32,000 bases of DNA from Methanothermobacter marburgensis str. Marburg (GTDB lineage Archaea > Methanobacteriota > Methanobacteria > Methanobacteriales > Methanothermobacteraceae): the NCBI RefSeq assembly GCF_000145295.1, contig NC_014408.1:150001-182000 (forward strand). The letters run 5' to 3'. Positions 1-9,352 of the stretch are shown here, in pieces. A program made the position numbers and the translations under genes. Position 1 is the first letter of the stretch. The number at the start of each line of letters is the position of its first letter. The notes under the pieces were generated by a model. That model was not told where the DNA came from, made no database searches, and saw only the letters and a list, made by a program, of their open reading frames with translations.

Positions 1-351
1 CATGGAAACGCCGGAAACGAGATCGGAGAGTACATGAACGGCGGTAAGATCATCATCAAGGGCGACGTCAACATAATGCCTGGCATACACATGAACAACG
101 GTCTCATAATCATCGAGGGCAACGCCGTTGCAAGGGTCGGCGGTGAAATGGCCGGCGGAACAATAATCGTAAAGGGAATGATACAGGAATTCCTTCCAGG
201 ATTCAAGTACCTTGGTGTTGAAAAGGACATAGAGGTTAACGGGGAAACCTTCCCTGGAGCATTCTACAAGTTTGAAGGAGATCACGCAATTAAGGGAGCT
301 AAGGGTATAGTCTATGCGGCTGTCGGATGCAACGGCCACATAGAACCCTAA
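1..351 (+). CDS. fwdC: Formylmethanofuran dehydrogenase subunit C, C-terminal part (gene starts upstream of the window)
   Basis: The frame is open from base 1 (HGNAGNEIGEYMNGGKIIIKGD...). It shows the repeated G-x-x-G-x-I-I-(I/V)-x-G beta-helix motifs typical of FwdC/FmdC. It lies directly upstream of the subunit B gene with a 15-nt gap. The tungsten (fwd) rather than molybdenum (fmd) assignment rests on my recollection that fwdB abuts nifH in Methanothermobacter. Confidence 0.8.
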   Translation, partial: HGNAGNEIGEYMNGGKIIIKGDVNIMPGIHMNNGLIIIEGNAVARVGGEMAGGTIIVKGMIQEFLPGFKYLGVEKDIEVNGETFPGAFYKFEGDHAIKGAKGIVYAAVGCNGHIEP

Positions 352-366
352 CTGGAGGTAATTATC

Positions 367-1665
367 ATGGAATACGTGAAAAATGTGGTCTGCCCCTTCT
401 GCGGAACCCTCTGTGATGATATCATCTGTAAGGTTGAGGACAACGAGATTGTCGGAACCATCAATGCATGCAGGATAGGTCACAGCAAGTTCGTGCATGC
501 AGAGGGTGCAGTGAGGTACAAAAAACCACTCATAAGGAAGAATGGCGAATTCGTCGAGGTAAGCTACGATGAGGCCATAGACAAGGCTGCAAAGATTCTT
601 GCAGAATCAAAGAGACCACTCATGTACGGGTGGAGCTGTACAGAGTGTGAAGCACAGGCTGTTGGAGTTGAACTTGCAGAGGAGGCCGGTGCAGTAATCG
701 ATAACACAGCATCAGTCTGTCACGGACCATCAGTCCTTGCCCTCCAGGACGTGGGTTATCCTATCTGTACCTTCGGTGAGGTCAAAAACAGGGCTGACGT
801 GGTGGTCTACTGGGGATGCAACCCCATGCACGCCCACCCAAGGCACATGTCAAGGAACGTATTTGCCCGCGGATTCTTCAGGGAAAGGGGAAGATCAGAC
901 AGGACACTCATAGTCGTTGATCCGAGGAAAACTGACAGCGCAAAGCTTGCAGACATACACCTCCAGCTGGACTTTGACCGTGACTATGAACTTCTCGATG
1001 CAATGAGGGCATACCTCCTTGGAAACGAGATACTCTACGATGAGGTTGCAGGTGTACCAAGGGAGCAGATCGAAGAGGCTGTTGAGGTGCTCAAAAAGGC
1101 ACAGTTCGGTATACTCTTCTTCGGTATGGGTATAACCCACAGCAGGGGTAAACACAGGAACATTGACACAGCCATTATGATGGTTGAGGACCTCAATGAC
1201 TATGCAAAATGGACACTCATACCCATGAGGGGACACTACAACGTTACAGGTTTCAACCAGGTCTGCACCTGGGAGAGCGGATACCCATACTGTGTTGACT
1301 TCTCAGAGGGGGAGCCAAGGTACAACCCAGGGGAGACCGGTGCAAACGACCTTCTCCAGAATAGGGAGGCCGATGCGATGATGGTCATAGCCTCTGACCC
1401 TGGTGCCCACTTCCCACAGAGGGCACTTGAGAGGATGGCTGAGATCCCGGTCATTGCAATCGAGCCCCACAGGACCCCCACAACCGAGCTGGCTGACATC
1501 ATAATTCCACCGGCCATCGTGGGTATGGAGGCTGAGGGTACAGCCTACCGTATGGAGGGTGTCCCCATAAGGATGAAGAAGGTTGTTGACTCAGACCTCC
1601 TCTCAGACAGGGAGATCCTGGAGAGACTCCTTGAAAAGGTGAGGGAATACAGGGCCTCAAAGTAA
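367..1665 (+). CDS. fwdB: Formylmethanofuran dehydrogenase subunit B (Mo/W-bis-pterin guanine dinucleotide subunit, Cys-liganded)
   Basis: 432 aa. The N-terminus has a C-x2-C-x3-C Fe-S motif (VVCPFCGTLCDD). The SVCHGPS motif sits at the metal-ligand position, with Cys and no in-frame TGA. The layout is the MopB fold. An SD-like GGAGGT lies upstream of the ATG. Confidence 0.88.
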   Translation: MEYVKNVVCPFCGTLCDDIICKVEDNEIVGTINACRIGHSKFVHAEGAVRYKKPLIRKNGEFVEVSYDEAIDKAAKILAESKRPLMYGWSCTECEAQAVGVELAEEAGAVIDNTASVCHGPSVLALQDVGYPICTFGEVKNRADVVVYWGCNPMHAHPRHMSRNVFARGFFRERGRSDRTLIVVDPRKTDSAKLADIHLQLDFDRDYELLDAMRAYLLGNEILYDEVAGVPREQIEEAVEVLKKAQFGILFFGMGITHSRGKHRNIDTAIMMVEDLNDYAKWTLIPMRGHYNVTGFNQVCTWESGYPYCVDFSEGEPRYNPGETGANDLLQNREADAMMVIASDPGAHFPQRALERMAEIPVIAIEPHRTPTTELADIIIPPAIVGMEAEGTAYRMEGVPIRMKKVVDSDLLSDREILERLLEKVREYRASK

Positions 1666-1697
1666 TCAGGCCCTCCTATTTCTATTTATTTTAAAAC
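1651..1697 (+). terminator. Hairpin plus T-rich tract at the end of the fwd operon
   Basis: AGGGCCT (1651-1657) pairs with AGGCCCT (1668-1674) across a 10-nt loop that contains the fwdB stop codon. It is followed by the T-rich run cctatttctatttatttt, which resembles archaeal oligo-T termination signals. Confidence 0.5.
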
Positions 1698-1786
1698 TTT
1701 TGATTTGGTTTCTGTTGATTTTTATGGGTACTTAAAGCACATTGAAATATTTCAGTGGTTCTGTTTTTGATCTGGTTTCTGTTCAT
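1698..1786 (+). repeat. Direct repeats upstream of the nifH promoter: two 21-bp copies plus one degenerate copy
   Basis: TTTGATTTGGTTTCTGTTGAT (1698-1718) and TTTGATCTGGTTTCTGTTCAT (1766-1786) match at 19 of 21 positions and start 68 bp apart. A partial copy, TGGTTCTGTT, lies at 1756-1765. Confidence 0.7.
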
Positions 1787-1832
1787 GTTTAAGGATATCT
1801 GAGCGCATAATTTTCAGCCATGTGCCGAAAAG

Positions 1833-1840
1833 TTTAAATA
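1833..1840 (+). promoter_or_regulatory. nifH promoter TATA box with a purine-rich BRE
   Basis: In GAAAAGTTTAAATA, TTTAAATA lies 68 bp upstream of the nifH ATG. The same 13-mer, GAAAAGTTTAAAT, precedes the tRNA gene on the minus strand. The predicted TSS is near 1863. Confidence 0.6.
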
Positions 1841-1872
1841 TGATACCCTCAAATAATAGAGTGTCGGAATAA

Positions 1873-1886
1873 GGAAGCATACTTCC
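1873..1886. promoter_or_regulatory. NrpR-type operator (GGAA-N6-TTCC) in the nifH 5' leader
   Basis: GGAAGCATACTTCC is a perfect match to the GGAA-N6-TTCC operator established for NrpR in Methanococcus maripaludis. It lies about 10-23 nt downstream of the predicted TSS. It is nested in a larger palindrome, TCGGAA-N13-TTCCGA (1864-1888). Confidence 0.7.
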
Positions 1887-1904
1887 GACTGAGATGGTGA
1901 TTGA

Positions 1905-2735
<831 letters not shown>

Positions 2736-2744
2736 GTGTTAAAA

Positions 2745-3062
2745 ATGAAGATGATAAGGGCCATAATAAGACCAGAAAAGTCTGAAGAGGTGGCTGATGC
2801 TCTGGATGACGCAGGATTCCCGGCCCTCACAAAGATAGACGTTATAGGGAGGGGTAAGCAGAAGGGCATACGGTTCGATGAAATCTACTATGATGAGATA
2901 CCCAAGACCATGATGCTCATCGTCGTGGATGATGCTGATGCAGAGAGGGTGGTCTTGGTTATCAGTGAAAGCGGATACACAGGCAAAATTGGGGATGGTA
3001 AAATATTCATAAGCCCCGTGGAAAACGCCTACACCGTCAGAACAAGAGAGGAAGGTCTTTAG
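2745..3062 (+). CDS. nifI1: PII-family nitrogenase regulator NifI1 (GlnB-like)
   Basis: The sequence is PII-like (MKMIRAIIRPEK...GDGKIFISPVE) and sits between nifH and nifD, as in archaeal nif operons. I prefer the ATG at 2745 because AGGTG lies 7 nt upstream. The ORF-track start is a GTG at 2736. Confidence 0.9.
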   Translation: MKMIRAIIRPEKSEEVADALDDAGFPALTKIDVIGRGKQKGIRFDEIYYDEIPKTMMLIVVDDADAERVVLVISESGYTGKIGDGKIFISPVENAYTVRTREEGL

Positions 3063-3070
3063 GTGTCTGA

Positions 3071-3436
3071 ATGAAAGAAGTAATCGCCATAATAAGACCA
3101 AAGAATATGAAGAAAACCAGGGATGTCCTTGAATCCCTGGGGTTCCCGTCATTCAACGCCACAAGAGTCCTCGGGAGGGGCAAGCAGAGGGCCATAATTG
3201 ATGAGGTCACCATCCCCTCTCCATCTCCTGAAATTGATGAGGTGAGGGGAACAATGAGATACATTCCCAAGAGGATGATCCAGATAACCGTGGAGGATCC
3301 GGATGTACAGCTGGTTGTGGAGGCCATAATGAAGGTCAACCACACGGGAAAAATTGGAGACGGGAAGATCTTTGTATGTCCGGTAGACGATGCAATGAGG
3401 ATAAGGACAGGTGATAGGGGGACTGAAGCACTTTAA
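3071..3436 (+). CDS. nifI2: PII-family nitrogenase regulator NifI2 (GlnB-like, extended T-loop)
   Basis: 121 aa PII-like protein (MKEVIAIIRP...GDGKIFVCPVDD) with a long insertion in the T-loop region. AGGTG lies 6 nt upstream. Confidence 0.9.
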   Translation: MKEVIAIIRPKNMKKTRDVLESLGFPSFNATRVLGRGKQRAIIDEVTIPSPSPEIDEVRGTMRYIPKRMIQITVEDPDVQLVVEAIMKVNHTGKIGDGKIFVCPVDDAMRIRTGDRGTEAL

Positions 3437-3499
3437 CCTGTATCTGAGATGGATAGAGTGGGCTTTAGTTATCCCGTATAAATCAAAGGATGATTCAAA

Positions 3500-4912
3500 A
3501 TGCCATTTGAACTGTTTGGCGTCGATGCTGAAATACCCGATAGAAAAAAGCACATCTATGTAAAGAAGCAGGGGGATCCTGAGGGAGACATACCAGCATG
3601 CAACACAACAACGATCCCTGGCTGCATGACAGAGAGGGGATGCGCATTTGCAGGTGCAAAGGGTGTGATAACAGGGGCAATAAAGGATGCGCTTCATGTT
3701 ATCCACTCACCGGTTGGATGCACAGCATATGGTTACGGTACAAAGAGGTACCCCACATCACAGGAAATGCCCGATGGAAGCATGTTCCCCATAGAAAAAT
3801 TCAACCTAAAATACATAACAGGAACGGATCTGAGTGAGTCGGATGTGGTTTTTGGTGGTATGGACAAACTCAAAAGGTGCATCCTGGAGGCGGTCAGGGA
3901 ATTCCCTGAGGCAAACGCAGTTTACACCTACGCAACCTGTACAACAGGCCTCATAGGGGACGATATTGATGCAATTTCAAGGGAGGTCTCAGAGGAGATA
4001 GGTAAGGATGTTGTTGCAATAAACGCTCCAGGATTTGCAGGTCCAACACAGTCAAAGGGACATCAGGTTGCCAACTACACACTATTTGAGGACCTGGTGG
4101 GAACCGCGGAGCCCCCCAGAACCACAGAATATGACGTGAACCTCATAGGGGAGTACAATATCGATGGGGACCTCTGGGTTCTGAAAAAATACTTTGAGGA
4201 GATGGGGATAAACGTCCTGAGCACATTCACAGGCGACTGCTGTCACGACGAGATAAAGTGGATGCACAGGGCAAAGCTGAGTCTGGTCAGATGTCAGAGA
4301 TCAGCAAACTACATTGCAAAGCTCCTTGAGGAGAGATATGGTGTTCCCTACATGAAGGTTGACTTCTTTGGAATAGAATACTGCAGAAAAAACCTCATGG
4401 CAATAGGGGAATATTTTGGAATACCCGAGAGGGCAGAGAGGGTGATAGAGGATAGAATGAAAAAAATAGGTCCAGAAATTCAGTATTTCAAAGATAAACT
4501 CAGGGGTAAGAGGGTCTGGGTTTTCTCAGGGGGCCCCAAAAACTGGCATCTACCCCGCCCACTTGAGGATGAACTTGGAATGGAAGTGGTTGCAGTTTCA
4601 ACAATGTTCGAACACGAAGACGGCTACGAGAAGATCAAGAAAAGGGTACGGGAGGGTACAGTGATAGTGGATGACCCCAACTCACTGGAACTCGAGGAGA
4701 TCATCGAGAAATACAGGCCAGACATCATCCTGTCTGGAATAAAGGAAAAATACCTGGCCCATAAACTTGGAGTGCCCTGCATACTCATCCACTCATATGA
4801 AAACGGGCCATACATCGGCTTTGAGGGGTTCCTTAATCTGGCGAGGGACATGTACGCGGCAATATACAATCCTGTATGGGACCTGCTTGAATTCGAGGAG
4901 GATGTTAACTGA
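3500..4912 (+). CDS. nifD: Nitrogenase MoFe protein alpha chain
   Basis: 470 aa. The FeMo-cofactor ligand contexts are conserved: [11 protein letters not shown] (Cys275-equivalent) and [11 protein letters not shown] (His442-equivalent). QSKGH and the P-cluster Cys contexts are also present. Confidence 0.95.
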   Translation: MPFELFGVDAEIPDRKKHIYVKKQGDPEGDIPACNTTTIPGCMTERGCAFAGAKGVITGAIKDALHVIHSPVGCTAYGYGTKRYPTSQEMPDGSMFPIEKFNLKYITGTDLSESDVVFGGMDKLKRCILEAVREFPEANAVYTYATCTTGLIGDDIDAISREVSEEIGKDVVAINAPGFAGPTQSKGHQVANYTLFEDLVGTAEPPRTTEYDVNLIGEYNIDGDLWVLKKYFEEMGINVLSTFTGDCCHDEIKWMHRAKLSLVRCQRSANYIAKLLEERYGVPYMKVDFFGIEYCRKNLMAIGEYFGIPERAERVIEDRMKKIGPEIQYFKDKLRGKRVWVFSGGPKNWHLPRPLEDELGMEVVAVSTMFEHEDGYEKIKKRVREGTVIVDDPNSLELEEIIEKYRPDIILSGIKEKYLAHKLGVPCILIHSYENGPYIGFEGFLNLARDMYAAIYNPVWDLLEFEEDVN

Positions 4913-6291
4913 TGCCAGAAATAAACGTGATGGAGAGGGGAAGGGAGCTTGTGGTAAACCCCCTCGTCACCTGCCAGCCATTCGGTGCAATGTTCGCAAC
5001 CCTGGGTATAAGGAGGGGTCTGCCCCTGGTTCACGGCTCCCAGGGCTGCAGCACCTTTGTGAGATACGGACTCAACAGACACTTCAGAGAACCCGCAGAG
5101 ATAGCCGTCACATCGCTCCATGAGGACGCAGCTGTGTTTGGGGGTAGAAGTAACATAATAAACGGTGTTAAAAACCTTGTGAAGAGATTCAGGCCCGACC
5201 TTGTGGGAATTGTAACCACCTGTTCAAGTGAAATAATAGGGGATGACGTGGATGGGTTCATGAGGGTCGCTGAAACCGAACTGCGCGAGGAACTTGGAGA
5301 CAGGTTCCAGACAAAACTGGTTCACATATCAACACCCAGCTTCGTTGAAAACCACTTCAGGGGATATGGAAACGCCATAAAATCATTCATAGAGACCCTG
5401 TCTAGGGAGGACGGTGACTGCAACCACAAACTCAACATAATACCAGGTATAGTCAACCCCGGCGACATAAGGGAGATAGGGCACATGCTTGGCCTCATGG
5501 ACATAACTCCCATAATACTCACCGATACCTCAGACCCCTTTGATTCACCCCTCAGACCATCAAAAACAGAGCAGATGCCATTCTACCCCCCTGGAGGAAC
5601 AGCTGTTCCTGAAATAGAGGACTCATCAAACAGCATGGGAACACTGAGCCTGACGATGTACGGGGATGAAGCCTTGAACACACTTGAAAAACGATTCAGG
5701 GTTCCAGGGGAATACTCTATGCCAATCGGGGTCCGCAATACAGATGACTTTGTCCGCAGGGCAGCCAGGATTTCAGAAAAGGATGTGAGCGATGAACTGC
5801 TTGATGAAAGAGGCATACTGATTGACTCCATGGCAGACCTCAGTTCAAGGTACCTATTTGGAAGAACAGCCGCGGTCTACGGGGACCCGGACATGGTGGC
5901 AGGAATATCAAGGTTCCTTTGCGAACTTGGAATAACACCACTCCACACCTGCACCGGCACAGATAATGAACTCTTCATTGACAGGATGAAGACGGTGGCA
6001 GCCGAGGCAGATGAACGGATAAATGTCATGGTAAAATCAGATCTCAGGGCACTTGAAGAGAGACTCTCAGAGGAACCAGTTGACCTGATGATAGGAAACT
6101 CAGATGGTAGACTCATAGCCCAAGACCTCGGGATACCCCTTGTGAGGGTTGGCTACCCGGTATATGACAGGGTGGGCTATCAGAGGGTGCCCATCACAGG
6201 TTACAGGGGGGCTGTGAATCTCCTCAACAGAATAACAAACACGGTACTCAGGGAATACTATGAACCACAGCACTGGAAACTGCAGCAGTAA
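4912..6291 (+). CDS. nifK: Nitrogenase MoFe protein beta chain
   Basis: 459 aa with HGSQGCSTF and [11 protein letters not shown] motifs. The start overlaps the nifD stop (TGATG), indicating translational coupling. Confidence 0.95.
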
Positions 6292-7702
6292 AGAGAATTT
6301 TTCAGCGGACACCACAGCAGATTTAAAGGTTGAGGAGGTCCCTGAAGCGGTGATAAACACGCTCTCCCCCAGAAGAGAACACTTCACAAGGAGCTGCAGC
6401 GGGGGAGGGCCCCGCTGTAATCGTGAATCCCTTCCAGGCATGGTAACCCAGAGGTCCTGCGTGTATGGGGGGGCAAGGGTTGTTCTCATGCCCATAACGG
6501 ATGCAGCCCACCTTGTGCATGGACCAGTGGGATGCGCGGCATGCACCTGGGACATCAGGGGAAGCAGAAGCTCAAAGTCTGAACTCTACAGGATGGGATT
6601 CTCAACCGGCCTTGAGGAAAAGGATGTGGTGTTTGGTGGGGAGGACAAACTCCTTGAATGTATACTGGAGATAAATGAAATCCACTCCCCCTCAGCCATA
6701 TTCGTCTACTCCACATGTGTTTCAGGCGTCATAGGGGACGACATAGCGGCTGTATGCAGAACAGCAGAAAACAAAACAGGAAAATGGGTAATACAGGTGC
6801 AGTCTGAGGGATTCAGAAGCTTCAACAAGTCACTGGGCCACCAGCTAGCCTGCGATGTTATTCTCAGGCACATAATAGGACGTGGAGATGCTGAAGTCAG
6901 GGAAAACTCGGTTAACCTTGTGGGAGAGTTCAATGTTGCAGGGGACCTCTGGGAGATAAAGGGTCTACTTGAGAAAATGGGTATTCACGTGGTTTCATCC
7001 ATAACCGGCGATTCAACGGTGGCTGAAATCTCAGAAGCCCACACAGCGCAGCTTAACATTGTACAGTGCAGCAAATCATCAGGTTACATTGCAGAGGAGA
7101 TGAAGAGGAAATACGGGATACCCTACATAAATGTCAATTTTTTTGGGATAAAAGAGACCATGGATTCCCTGCTATCGATTTCAGATTTCTTTGATCTCAA
7201 TGCTGAGGAACGGATCAGCTCAATGGCAGAAAAAACACATGAAATGATCAGAGGCTACAGAAGAGCCCTTGAGGGAAAAAAGGTGGCAATATACGTGGGC
7301 GGTAACAAGGCATGGTCCCTTATAAGGGCATTCAGGGACCTTGGAATGGAGGTGATAATGAGCGGAACCCAGAACGGGCTCCCTGAAGACTACCTGAAGA
7401 TAATGGAGAAGTCAGGAAGGGAACTGATACTCTTTGATGATGCAAATCCAGTTGAACTTTCAGAACTCCTGCGGAAATACAGGCCTGATCTGGTTGTCTC
7501 AGGGGCCAAGGAAAAGTACCTCTCCTATAAGCTTGGAATACCCTTCTGTGAATTTAACCATGACAGGATAAAACCATTCTCAGGGTTTGGAGGATTCTTG
7601 AATTTTGCAGAGGAAGTTAAAAGGACTCTGGAAAGTCCCATATGGACTCTGGCCAGCAAAAAAAGGTTATCAGGACCAGGAGGCATGTCCGGTGAAGCAT
7701 AG
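6260..7702 (+). CDS. nifE: FeMo-cofactor biosynthesis scaffold NifE
   Basis: NifD paralogue with [28 protein letters not shown]. The coordinates give the maximal ORF. An internal GTG at 6350 is preceded by GAGGAGGT (6332-6339), removes the 32-nt overlap with nifK, and is probably the real start. Confidence 0.9.
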
Positions 7703-9032
7703 AAGCACCATAATAAACCCTGGAATTATCTGCCAGCCCCTGGGCGCTGTCATGGCATTCCTGGGTATCAGGGGATCAATGCCACTCATACATGGTTCAC
7801 AGGGTTGCAGCACATATATGAGGTTTCAGCTCACAAGACACTTCAGAGAACCTGTAAATATAGCCTCAAGTTCTCTGAGTGAAGCCACAGTCGTATATGG
7901 CGGAGAAGAAAACCTTTTAAGAGCCCTGAAGACAGTTGAAGAACAGTACAGTCCTGAAGTTATAGGTGTAATTTCAGGCTGCCTCTCAGAGACCATAGGA
8001 GATGACATTGATAGAATAGTGGATAAACACAGGGAAAGTGGGGGATCTGAGATTATAACTGTCTCATCACCTGGTTTCAGGGGTTCACACGTGGATGGAT
8101 ATGAGGCCGCTGTTAAATCCATTCTCAGATCACTTGTTATGGAGCATGCTGAACCTGTGGATAGAATAAACATTATAAATGGTATCATGAGCCCTGCAGA
8201 CACCTCAGAGATAAAGAATATCCTTGAGGGAATGGGTGTGGATTTCCTCATGATAACCGATAACTCCGAGTCCCTTGACGAACCCTTCGATGGCGACCCC
8301 TATTTTATAACACGTCATGGAACATCCATTCATGACATAGCTACGGCAGGTGACTCCATGGCCACCCTAAACCTTGGGGGGTACGGTGGAGGTGAGTTCC
8401 TCGAAAAGAAATACGGGGTTAAGAACATTGAACTCCCGATCCCTGCAGGCCTTGAAGGGACGGATAAATTTTTAGGGGTCCTCCTGGATCTTTTCCATTC
8501 AGATATTTCCCGCTCAATCAGGAGGGAGAGGGGTAGACTGATGGATGCAATGATAGATTCCCATCAGTACACCTCAGGGAGGAGGGTGGCCATATTTGCC
8601 GACCCATCCTATGTTGTTGCGGTAACATCACTGGTACTTGAGATGGGAATGCAACCATATGTTTTCACAGGTTCCAGGAGCAGATACTTCCATGAAAAAA
8701 TCAGCCAGTTTCAGAGAAAATGGGGATTTCAATTCCCGGCAGAAAGTGGAGTGGACATATCTGGCTTAAAGGAGAACCTTGCTGGCAGAGAGGTCGATGT
8801 CCTTATAGGAAACTCCCACTGCGCAAGGGTCGCCAGGGAACTTGGAGTACCACTCCTGAGGATGGGTTTCCCGGTTTACGACAGGGTGGGGTCCCAGAGA
8901 ATAAGAATAGCAGGCTACGGCGGGGGGATATCCTTTGTTGACTCCCTCACAAACCTGATACTTGAGAGCCACTATGATGATGGATATGAAATTGATGGTG
9001 ATACATGTGATAAGGATAGCTGTTGCATCTGA
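7692..9032 (+). CDS. nifN: FeMo-cofactor biosynthesis scaffold NifN
   Basis: NifK paralogue with [22 protein letters not shown] chose the GTG at 7692 because AGGAGG (7677-7682) lies 9 nt upstream. The ORF-track start at 7605 is a TTG with no SD and would overlap nifE by 98 nt. Confidence 0.88.
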
Positions 9033-9342
9033 TGACGGCAGATACGTTAACAGACACTTCGCGGATGCAGATGCCTTCATAGTTTTTGAGAGGATTGATA
9101 ATGAAATCAAATTTTCTGAAATAAGAAAGCTGGATGGGGGAAAAATAGAGAAGCACGACGATAGATGGAGGCGGGTCCTGGACCTTATTGATGATTGTGA
9201 AATCGTAATATGCAGAAGGATAGGGGAAAAACCCCTTGAGGAGGCCAAAAGGAGGGGTGTTATAGTCTTTGAATCAGATGATGGAATAGCTGCGGCAATA
9301 CTGAAATCACTCACGGAACTGAACATATCCTGCAGAGTATAA
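8995..9342 (+). CDS. nifX: NifX/NifB-C-terminal-like dinitrogenase FeMo-cofactor binding protein
   Basis: Small protein ([27 protein letters not shown]...) in the last conserved position of archaeal nif operons. The start is ambiguous: ATG at 8995, or GTG at 9007 preceded by GGTGAT. It overlaps the nifN 3' end. Confidence 0.75.
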   Translation: MVIHVIRIAVASDDGRYVNRHFADADAFIVFERIDNEIKFSEIRKLDGGKIEKHDDRWRRVLDLIDDCEIVICRRIGEKPLEEAKRRGVIVFESDDGIAAAILKSLTELNISCRV

Positions 9343-9352
9343 TGGGTCTCCC

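Noticed and set aside
367-1665. Selenocysteine recoding in fwdB (and in the MopB gene at 9353-11269)
   Set aside because: Both frames are uninterrupted. The metal-ligand positions are encoded by Cys codons (SVCHGPS, TLCGGTA) and there is no in-frame TGA.
3474-3482. TATAAAT-like internal promoter between nifI2 and nifD
   Set aside because: It lies only about 20 nt upstream of the nifD ATG, and the SD sits between them. A TSS about 25 nt downstream would fall inside the coding region. It is more likely chance AT-rich sequence within a polycistronic mRNA.
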